Below are positions 1-9,317 of a stretch of DNA of 33,476 nt, one piece after another (position 1 is the stretch's first letter; the number at the start of each line of letters is the position of its first letter). The notes under the pieces were generated by a model. It made no database searches and had not been told where the DNA came from. It saw only the letters and a program-made list of their open reading frames with translations. Origin of the DNA: Neovahlkampfia damariscottae. Lineage: Eukaryota. Both the position numbers and the translations under genes were made by a program. Location: NCBI GenBank assembly GCA_016618085.1, contig JABLTG010000022.1:124001-157476 (forward strand). Direction: 5' to 3'.

Positions 1-498
1 AAATTGAATAATTTAGTTTTGGTTAATTCAATTAAAAATCTTTCAAAAGAACAAATTTCAATTTTACTTTTTTCTTTAGGTGATTTATTCTTTTTTGAAA
101 ATGATTTTAAATCATGTTTAAAATTTTATTTGAAATCAATCAATTTTTTGAAAATTGAAAATTTAAAACAGTATGATTTAATTTTGAAAAGAGTTTATCA
201 TTGTTTGAATGCATTGAATTTATACACTGCTGGAGCTGTTGTTTATCAATTTTTGAATTTAAACTATGATCAAAATTTATTAATGAATTTGAAAAGTCTT
301 GATAGAATTTGGTTACCTTATTTTTATGATTTGAATTATTTGGAAATATTTTTGTATTTTGAGTCTCAAAAAGATTTAATTTTGAAATTAATGTCAAGAG
401 TTGAAATTAATAAAAATAATTCAAATTCAAAATATAAAGAATATTTAAAAAATTTGAAAGATAAATTCTTTAAAAGATTAGAAATTTATTTGAATTAA
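1..498 (+). CDS. INTS8: Integrator complex subunit 8-like, 3' partial (gene starts upstream of window)
   Basis: The frame is open from the window edge. LGDLFF..CLKFYLK, ILKRVYHCL..L.YTAGAVVYQFL, YFYDLNYLE, EIN.NN and KKFFKRL resemble the INTS8 C-terminal TPR region as I recall it (KRMIKCC..L.CHTQVAILCQFL..YIWDVTILE..ELNASN..KKFLQAM). Confidence 0.65.
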   Translation, partial: KLNNLVLVNSIKNLSKEQISILLFSLGDLFFFENDFKSCLKFYLKSINFLKIENLKQYDLILKRVYHCLNALNLYTAGAVVYQFLNLNYDQNLLMNLKSLDRIWLPYFYDLNYLEIFLYFESQKDLILKLMSRVEINKNNSNSKYKEYLKNLKDKFFKRLEIYLN

Positions 499-513
499 AA
501 AGAAATTTATTTT

Positions 514-2691
514 TTAAAATTCTTTTGAATATTCATATTGTAATTTATTTTGTCTTTCTTTTTCAATTTGAAGTAATTCTGATATTTCATTTATTCTTTT
601 TGGAATTGCATTTGATTCTAATTTATATAATGAATTATAAGTTTCAAATTGAATTTTTAAATTTTCAATTTCTTCAATTTCATTCTTAATTTCTTTTTCA
701 ATCTTTTCTGTTCTTTTTAATAAACCACCTGTCAATATTTTCAATTTTGTTTCTAATTTTGATGTTTTTATTTCTTCTTGTTTCAAATAATTCAAAATTT
801 CATGTTTATTAAAATATTCATCACTTTGATAATTCTTTTCCCAAAATTTTGTATATTCTTCTAATGAAGGTATTTTGAATTTTGAAAGTTCACTCTTTAA
901 AATTGAATTAGAATGACTCAATTCTGATAATTTAAAATCTTCAATTTTTGGTAAATTTTTATCTTGATTTTCATCATAAAACATCAATAATAACATTTCA
1001 TTTAAAATCAATTCTTCTGGTGTATTATCTTCTTCTTGTAAATCCATTTCAATTTCATTTACTCTTGTTGGAATTGGTAATTTTCTTTGAATAACTTTTG
1101 TCTTTTTTTTTAATTCAATTTTTTTTTTTTCTTCTTTTGATAATTTTTTTTTAAGTAATAAATCTTCTGCATCTTCTTCAAATTCTTCATTTTCAACATT
1201 TGTTTTTGCATTTACTCTGAAATAATAATCTTCACTTTTTGGTTTTGGTAAAGAAGAAAATGATTGTTTTAATTGTTCTTTTAAACTTTGTTGTCTTTTT
1301 TTTTCATTAAATTCATTAAAAGCAGCAGTATCTTCAAATCCACCTGTATTTATACTTAAACCATCTCTTAAAGGTGTTTTGGAAACAGTTGAAGAAGAAG
1401 TTACTTTTGGACTTTGTATCAATAAATTTGGTGTTGCAACTGAATTTCTTGAAGGTGTAGCTCCTTTAAAATCTGAAAACTTTTCATTTAAATTTACATT
1501 TTCTCCTCCATGTAAAGGTGTTTGTTGTTGTGATAATTTAGCTAAATTTTCAGCTTCTAATCTTACAGTATCAACATAAACTGAAGGTGTTCTTGAAACT
1601 TGAGGAGTCATTCCACTTGAAACTTTTGGAGTTTGTTGATAATTTGTTAATAACTTTGAAGTTGCTTCTTTTGATTCAAATTCATTTTCACTTTGACCTT
1701 CTTTTGATGTAATCTTTCCAATTTCTTCAATTTGTTCATCATCAATTTGTGGAGCAGGTAAAGATATTTTAACTCTTTTTCCAGCTGGATTTATTTCATT
1801 AAATTTTGATTCAACAATAGAAGGTATATCTTTTCTTTTCTTTGATTTATCTTCTTTTCTTTTTTGAGCTTCTTCATCTTTTCTTCTCTTTCCTTCCATA
1901 TCTTCAGTTGTTTTACCAATTTGTTGACCACCAATTTGTTTTGCAATTGAAATAGATTTCTCTTCAGTTGTATCATAAAAACCTGCAGATGGTTTCTTTT
2001 GAAATGGTATTTCTTTATTATAATTTATTGGTACATCTCCTTTAACTTTTTTTTTTCTATCAAGATCAACATGGATTCCAGCTGATTTCATTTCTCTTCT
2101 TTTTTGTAATGCAGATGCTCTTCTTGCTTCTTCTAATTGTTTTTCTCTTGCTTTTCTTTTTGCTTTTTTTCCTTTTGTATTTGCAAGTCTCGCTCTTGCT
2201 TCACTTAACATTTCTTTTTCATCTTCATCTAAATCAACTGCATCAGGTTTTGGTGGTTTGGATTCAGGATGTAAATCTATTTCTCCTGCTCTTAATTTTC
2301 TTGGATCTTCTGAAGGATCATAATCTTTGTCTCTTCCTTGTGCTTCATCTAATAATTTTTCATAATGTTCTAAACATTGTGATGCTGTTCTTCCTACAAT
2401 AGGTGCTATTGTTCTCCATTGTGTCGGAAATAACTTAGCTAAATGTAATAACTTTTCTTCTTCTTCTCTAGTCCATTCGGTTTTTTTTATAGATGGATCA
2501 ATCCAATCGTACCAACGTGCTTTACACTGTTTTGGTGATTTTCTGTTCAATAAACTTGCAACTCTCGCCCATTGATTTTTTCCGTACTTCATTACAGCTG
2601 CTTTAAGGACCTAAATTTGTTAGGTATGTAAAATGTCTCTTACTTCATCTTCTGTATTCTTCCATGGTCCTCCTTTGACCAATACTCTCAT
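514..2691 (-). CDS. CDC5L: Pre-mRNA splicing factor CDC5L/Cef1 (Myb repeats); 1 intron at 2611-2643
   Basis: Exon 1 MRVLVKGGPWKNTEDE splices through a 33-nt GTAAG...CTAAC...TTAG intron to VLKAAVMKYGKNQWARVASLL, the canonical CDC5 N-terminus. It also has DEDEKEMLSEARARLANTKGKKAKRKARE. Confidence 0.97.
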
Positions 2692-2740
2692 TGTTGATGT
2701 TTTGTATTTGTTGGAGGTAGGTTGAAGAATGAAACGATTT

Positions 2741-2763
2741 GATTGGATTTATTATTTGATTGG
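2741..2763 (-). promoter_or_regulatory. Tandem CCAAT boxes upstream of CDC5L
   Basis: GATTGG at 2741-2746 and 2758-2763, 50-70 nt upstream of the ATG. Confidence 0.55.
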
Positions 2764-3245
2764 TTAACTGTTTTTTTCATGGATGAACAAAAGAGACTGG
2801 TTTCTTCATAATTTTGTTTTCGACATCGGTTCAAAACAAACAATAAAAGCAGATTTTCATTTTAACAGTCAGGAATATGTAAAATGGGTGAATTGATGGT
2901 TTCAACCAATTACGCGAACATTAATGAAGAAATAGCACCTAACATTTAAGTTTTCACGACTTGACTTTGATCATTTTTAGTTTGATATTCATACTACTTA
3001 TATAACGAAAAATATGGAAACAAACATTTTGGAACAAACAAAATTACATTGACATTTGCTTTAAATTCATATTTTAAAATACGCTTACAAAGAAAAAAAA
3101 GAAAAGAATTGTACACTAGTCCAAATGAAAGTGAAGGAATTTTTTCAAAGATTAAAGCTCAGGTAAACTGTAAATCAAGTTGGTTACTTTCCAACTTCCA
3201 AATTAATCCATTTTCTCATTATTTCTTAATTATTTCACATCTTTC

Positions 3246-4664
3246 TCAAAAAAAAAAAAAAAAATATATTTTCTCCAATCGTAAAACTTTATTTTCCTAA
3301 AAATTCTAACCAACTCGAATTTACTTGATGATAAATATTCATTTCTTTTCCTTGTATGTAATTGATTGTATTTAAATTTGAAGTAAAAGGTGAAATATCT
3401 AAATGATTATCCAACTCCATTAAATCTTTCCAATGGTCTTGATCCAATTTCAAAGAACAATTTAAATTTTCATCTTGATTTACAAACTTTTTTAAAGCAG
3501 AAACTTGTGGAATATTTAAAGGTTTTTCAGTGAAAACTTCTTTTGAAATTCTCATCACTTGTAAATTTGTCATGTATTGATTTGTTGTATCTAAAAATAT
3601 ATGTTTAGAATAAAAAACTAATAAAACTCACTTTTTAATGATTTCAAGACTTGTTTGCTTGTTGTGTCCCAAATTATACATGCACCATCTTTTGCAGATG
3701 AAAGTAATTGACTATTGTCTTCATTAATTGTTATATCTGTTATTGAGTCTGAATGTCCTTTAAAAATTTGATTTTTATCATAATCAATTGAAAAATTTCT
3801 TGTTCCACCTGATGAGTCAATAAATTGTGGAGTCATTGGATACAAGTCGGTTTCATAGATTTTTCCATTTGAAGCTCCTGCATATAAAATATGTTCTGAG
3901 TAATTTAAAATTGCTTTTTCGATGGCTGATGGAAATCCAATACTACATAATTCAATTCCGGATGATAAATGAAAAATCTGTGTGAAATTTCTTTTTTAGT
4001 GAGATTGATTTATTTACCTTGACCGTTCTATCATGTGAAGAAGAAATTATTTTTGTATGTGAACCTAATGAACAACTAAGACTTGTAATTCCAAGAGAAT
4101 GATTTGAAAAGGTTTTTAAAGTTGAAATCTTTCTTTCATTTTTTGTTTTAACATCTAAGATACTTTATAAGTGTTTAAGTTTTTTTTTTTTTAATTTTGT
4201 TACTCTGCTACACTCCAAACATGTATTAAAGTGTCTGAACCACCTGAAATTAAAATAGACGAGTCTGGTGTCAAACATAAAGCAGTAACTGATTTTAAGT
4301 GAGCTGAAAATATTTTTATCAATTGTCCTGTACAAATTTTCCAAACATAAATTAAACCACTTTCACTTCCAGCAAAGAGATAATTTCCGTCACTTGAATT
4401 TTGAATACAAGTTAATTTTTCTGATAAAGAACATTGAAAAACTGGTTGCTCTTTTTTTAAACTATAAACATGTACAGCTGGTTTATCATTTTGACTTGAA
4501 AATATATGGTAATTGCTGAAACAAGTTGAATTTTGGTTTGTTTTATTTTTGTAATAAGTTCCAATAATATCACCTGTTTTTATGTCCCAAATCAAAGAAG
4601 TTCCATTTGAGCTTGTACCTAAACAAACTTCTGTATGTTGTTTTTCTTCAATTTTATTAGACAT
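3246..4664 (-). CDS. WDR18: WD40 repeat protein, WDR18/Ipi3-like (rixosome); introns at 4163-4203, 3978-4017, 3591-3631, tentatively 3297-3324
   Basis: The spliced product has WD repeats (GNYLFAGSESGLIYVW, AHLKSVTAL, ISGGSDTLIHVW, NHSLGITSL, SSSHDRTVK|IFHL, FKGHSDSITDI). The N-terminal SQNDKPAVHVYS...EQP pattern is typical of Ipi3/WDR18. The 3' end is uncertain because of a 17-nt homopolymer. Confidence 0.78.
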
Positions 4665-4808
4665 CGAGAACAAGATTCTATTGGTGGAGTTTAATTTTCC
4701 TTTCTTTTTTAATTCTGAAAACGATGAAAATTGATTATTTTTTTCTAGATTTTTGAAAAATTGAATAAATTTTTTTTTTTAAAAAAATCTTTTTTTTTTA
4801 AGCCCACT

Positions 4809-4834
4809 GATTGGTCAAAAGTTCTTCGCCAATC
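4809..4834. promoter_or_regulatory. Paired inverted CCAAT boxes in the divergent WDR18/RPS7 promoter
   Basis: GATTGG at 4809-4814 and CCAATC at 4829-4834; the same motif recurs near the other gene starts. Confidence 0.55.
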
Positions 4835-4898
4835 ATCAAAGACCAAAACCAGAAAACAACAGAGTAAGAAGAATTATAATTAAAAATTATCAAGAAGC

Positions 4899-5471
4899 AT
4901 GACTGACGTTAATCTCACTTCTCTTCGTAAAATCCATAAACAAAAAGACCAAAAGGTTACTGAATTAGAACAAAAAGTTGCTCAAGCAGTTTTCGACTTA
5001 GAAGTTCACTCAAAAGAACTTAAAGTTGATTTACAACCTTTAAATTTTGTAAAAGCTACAGAAGTTAGTGTTTCAAAATCAAAAAAAGCTATTGTTATTT
5101 TTGTACCTGAAAGACAAGTTAACTCATGGAAAAGAATTCAAATCAGATTAGTAAGAGAATTGGAAAAAAAATTTGCAGGATATCACGTCATTCTTGTTGC
5201 TGATCGTAAAGCTTTAAAAAAACCAACTGGATTAGCGCCAAGACCAAGAAAAAGAGCTCTTGCATCAGTTCACCAAGATCTTTTACAAGATGTTTGTTAT
5301 CCAATTGATATTACTGGACAAAGAAAAAGAGTTAAAGTTGATGGATCAACACAATATAAAATTCAACTTGATGCAAAAGAAAAAAATAACTACGACCAAA
5401 AAACACAAACATTTTCCGTTGTTTACAGAATGTTAACAGGAAAACATGCTAAATATTCATTTGACGCATAA
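4899..5471 (+). CDS. RPS7: 40S ribosomal protein S7 (eS7)
   Basis: Motifs ELEQKVAQAVFDLE, KKAIVIFVP, IQIRLVRELEKKF and TFSVVYRMLTGK; intronless. Confidence 0.97.
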   Translation: MTDVNLTSLRKIHKQKDQKVTELEQKVAQAVFDLEVHSKELKVDLQPLNFVKATEVSVSKSKKAIVIFVPERQVNSWKRIQIRLVRELEKKFAGYHVILVADRKALKKPTGLAPRPRKRALASVHQDLLQDVCYPIDITGQRKRVKVDGSTQYKIQLDAKEKNNYDQKTQTFSVVYRMLTGKHAKYSFDA

Positions 5472-5542
5472 ATTAAAATTTTTTCCCTAGTAATTTTTTT
5501 TTTTATTTCACTCATTATTCCGGACTTATTTCATTGGTCAAC

Positions 5543-7262
5543 ATGGCTGTGTCACTACCACAATTAATGGTTATTGTTTGTGTGTTCAAACTAGTTTCCA
5601 CTTGGTCAGTGACTAATTTTGTGAACCCAACATCTGCCACTTTTGATAAAATTGGAAACTTTACTGGAGCCACAACAATCCATGATTTGAACATCGCAGT
5701 AATCAACAGAGAAACTAACAAGTTTAGTGGTTCAGTACTTTGGGTGTACAATTTGATTTGGAGTCTGCCAACAAGGAGAACTACATTGCATTTGCACCAA
5801 CTACTCACAAACTAGGAGCTGATGTTTGTAATTCACAGTTATTTCAACGTGTATTCAACAAAACACTGAACTTGTCAAATCCAAATATGTGCGAGGATTT
5901 GTACTGTAATGATAGTGTCTTTAAATTGAAGAACATTTCAAGCTGGAGATCACAGTGGATATTTTTTGTAAGTCCACATTCCCCACTGATATTTTAATTT
6001 TAAACAGCACTGTCATTTGTGTCTCACAAGATACAATGAACGGTTTGTTCAGAGGGTTAAAAATGGGAGTTGTTCAATATCCGACACTTTTTTTGAACCA
6101 TGGAAAAAATGTGGAAAGTTAATGGAAAATGAAGGAGATATCGTTCCACATTTTGATTTTTTATGTTACTCTAAATCAGAAAATAGGTTATTTTATTCCA
6201 ATACTATAATAAACAGATACTTGATGCCTTTCAGAGAGTTCATTGGTCAATCTATAGTACTGGTGTCGTTTTCAATACTATCAGTTTTGATAGTTACACT
6301 CACTTTAGTTTCCTTTTTACCAGATTTGCTAGAGTTCAAGAAGAAGAAAACATGGACTCTAAAACTCAAATTTTTATGCTCATTGAAAAATCAAATTATA
6401 TTTTTGGCGGTTTGTGCGACCTTTATACCACTTGTTTGTTCTTTTATCTCAATGTTTATTGAATTGCCGCTGGAAACTTATGGTTGCGTTATTTCTCAGT
6501 TTCTGGTTTCTATTCAATTTGTTCAAATAGCTACCATTTGGTAAGAATTTACTATTAATTCCCAAAGGTCTTTTGTTTTGTCAAAATCGAAGAAATTTAA
6601 GTTAAAAGGATTTACCAAAGGTCACCTGTAAGCATTAAGCATTTCTTTCTTATCCGTTTCCCAGCGCATTTTTATTTGGTTCAATAGTTGTGTTGTTTAT
6701 TTTTGCTGTTTTTGGAATTGCAATATTCGGATTTGAATATTTTACACTGATACAAATCCGTGCGCCACCTTTATTTGCTATTTTTTCTCTTGTTTTCAAT
6801 ATGCTAATCGGTATTTGGGTAATGATGGCAGAAATATGTATGATTTATTTTCTTCTAAACTTATCAGCATATTTTTTCATTTCTGTTGTTTTATGGATTT
6901 ACACAATCAGAATGTTCAAAATTCTGTCTGTCACTAAATCAACTTTCAAAGAAAAATTGAAATTCTTTTTTCAATTGAGGTTTTCTCAATTAACTTTGAT
7001 TCTCAATATTTCAAATTTTTTTACAATGGGATATGTTATTTGGTACATTATAGCAAGGGCGTTCCCAGGGACATTTACTTGGGAATTGACTTTTATTGCC
7101 CCATACTTATTATATATTGGATTATCAACAAACATTCTTGTAATACTATTTGGTATGACAAATTGGAAGAATATTCTAAAGATTTATTGCTTTGCATGCA
7201 AGAAAAACATCAATGATGATGATACTGAAGATGAAGATGATAAAGATGAAAAAAACAATTGA
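5543..7262 (+). CDS. Multi-pass (about 7TM) membrane protein with signal peptide and Cys-containing ectodomain; introns at 5699-5727, 5968-6007, 6541-6567, 6628-6664, 6838-6867
   Basis: Four ORF fragments join in frame through GT-AG mini-introns. The product has an N-terminal hydrophobic leader, N-glycosylation sequons, about 7 hydrophobic segments and an acidic cytoplasmic tail. Confidence 0.7.
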
Positions 7263-7334
7263 CAGGATAATAATGAACAACTAAGTCAAAAAGAGATTAG
7301 ATTTTATTTACAATGAATTTAATTTTTACAATAT

Positions 7335-8945
7335 TTACATGAGAAAAACATAGATGGATGAAATAAAAAACATCAAGTTCAATCCAATTGAAATAATATT
7401 TCCTCCATTGTTATTTGGTTCATAAATTCCAAAAATTTTGATTTTTTCTGAATATTTTGATTGTTGACTTCCTTCAACTGGATCTACTTCTGCTTGAAGA
7501 GTTTTCAAATCCAAAATTGAAAATGAAGCATCAGAAAAAGTTGTTTCAGTTTGTCCATCAATAGATTGATATTTGACTTCTAATAAAGCACTAACTTTGA
7601 AATCGGCATTTGAATCTTCAGCAATATTCATATATTCCTTTTCTAAGTCGAATTTGAATGCAGCATCATTTGATCCAGTTGATCCAAGAACAAACTTTTC
7701 AGTTGTACCATCATTTGTAAGTGCAAAATTGTCATACAAGACTTTAGTTAAATTACCTTGTTCCCATTGAACTCTCACAATTTTAGTTTCTTTCAATGTT
7801 GCTTTTGGCGATGTAACTTCTGCTTTGAAAAATGAAGTTTGTCCTAATAAGAATGCATCTTTTCTAATAGTATGAGATACATCTTGATATGCTTTTAAAG
7901 TTCCTGAAAGATTGATATTTACATTTACAACTGAACAAAAATTCTCCGAGTTTGCAGAAATTTCAATTGTAACTTCTCTGTTTGCATCTAAAGGACAATC
8001 AGCAGCATTTGTAATTGAAGGATGACATTTGAGTTGATATTTCATTTTATAAGTACCTGTAAATGAACATGCTCCTTTGACATCTAAATCTATTGCAAAT
8101 TTTTGTGTACAAGGTTGATTTGGTTTGCATTCACCTGAAATGTCTCTAAGAGTTGGTACAAGTCCAACTGGATATTCATACACATTTAAATTTGTTGTAT
8201 CTAGTTGAAATGGATATTGCAATGATGTAATGAATTCAAAAAGACCAGATTTTGGTGGTCCTTCAATATATTCTTGTTTTGTTACAGCTGTGAACATTGC
8301 TACAGGAGCAAATACTTTGATATCAGTTGAAACAGAAACTCTTGTTTGAAATTTGACACTTAAAGGAATAACTCTTTTGATATATCTTTGAATTGATTGA
8401 CCTCTAATTAATCCAATATTTTCTTTTTGTTCAATGTACATATTTCCGTTGTATATTCTTTGATCTTCAGTGTTTTGGGTTTCCCATCCACAATTCTTTC
8501 CTGTTGACCATGGAAGTGAATAATTAAATCTATTATAACACTTTCCAGATTCATCAAGTTCATTGACTACATAATTTCCAGGATAAGCGCATTGAGAGTA
8601 TGAAGCATTTTGAATGAAGATATTTGTTTCCAATCTATCAGTAACTAATGGAGCTTTGATACTCATTTCAAGTTTATCATTTTTAAAATCAATTGAGTCT
8701 GAATCAGCAGTTGGATAAAAATCTGTTTTGGTCATGGTGTTTGTGTTCCATGTGCAAGTCGATATAGCTTTATGTTGACATTGATTTCCATCATACCCTG
8801 AGAAGCAAGAGCATTTGTCATCACCAACGCAAATACCAGATCCACTACAAACACTACCTTCTGTTTTCCCAACTCCAAAGCATATTTGAGCATAAATTTG
8901 TAAAGTTGCAAGTAATAGGATGAGCAAAATTCTTGAACTGATCAT
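7335..8945 (-). CDS. Secreted, probably GPI-anchored surface protein with N-terminal EGF-like domain and beta-rich (ZP-like?) body
   Basis: Signal peptide, CFG...VCSGSGICVGDDKCSCFSGYDGNQC EGF repeat and a C-terminal NNNGG plus hydrophobic tail; intronless 536 aa. Confidence 0.8.
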   Translation of the reverse strand: MISSRILLILLLATLQIYAQICFGVGKTEGSVCSGSGICVGDDKCSCFSGYDGNQCQHKAISTCTWNTNTMTKTDFYPTADSDSIDFKNDKLEMSIKAPLVTDRLETNIFIQNASYSQCAYPGNYVVNELDESGKCYNRFNYSLPWSTGKNCGWETQNTEDQRIYNGNMYIEQKENIGLIRGQSIQRYIKRVIPLSVKFQTRVSVSTDIKVFAPVAMFTAVTKQEYIEGPPKSGLFEFITSLQYPFQLDTTNLNVYEYPVGLVPTLRDISGECKPNQPCTQKFAIDLDVKGACSFTGTYKMKYQLKCHPSITNAADCPLDANREVTIEISANSENFCSVVNVNINLSGTLKAYQDVSHTIRKDAFLLGQTSFFKAEVTSPKATLKETKIVRVQWEQGNLTKVLYDNFALTNDGTTEKFVLGSTGSNDAAFKFDLEKEYMNIAEDSNADFKVSALLEVKYQSIDGQTETTFSDASFSILDLKTLQAEVDPVEGSQQSKYSEKIKIFGIYEPNNNGGNIISIGLNLMFFISSIYVFLM

Positions 8946-9317
8946 ATTTGTTGTTGTTTAGTTTTTTTTAGTGAGCAATGAAAGTTTTTGCAGCTATTTA
9001 TTGGTGCTTCGGAGATTATTGCATTGCCCAATTTGTTGTATGGATGACAAAAAAAAATGGAAAAATCTCCATTTGGAACTTTGTATTTCCCAAAATGGTG
9101 AAATACAAATGTTTTGTTTGAATTCGGTGAAAGAAATGCTTCGACGGTTGTGTTCGGAATTTTGATCAAATTTAGACAAATTTAACACCCCTTTACTTTT
9201 AAGAAACTCCAATTTAAAGAATCATGATGAATATTTTAATAAATACGTTTCAAATTGCTAATTGATTTCTTACTTTCAAAAATACAATTGAAATACAAAT
9301 AAAATATGTTTTACTTT

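Noticed and set aside
140..2402. Short ORFs 140-397, 1379-1579, 1791-1976 and 2109-2402
   Set aside because: They are antisense or off-frame shadows of INTS8-like and CDC5L, with low-complexity translations.
2770..3300. Unusually long intergenic region and ORF 3049-3300, as a possible small gene or ncRNA
   Set aside because: I could not build a coherent spliced model or RNA structure. The ORF starts at TTG and overlaps the WDR18 3' end.
8942..9212. Three overlapping short ORFs between the EGF and kinase genes
   Set aside because: They have non-ATG starts and no recognisable motif, and they overlap the promoter region of the EGF gene.
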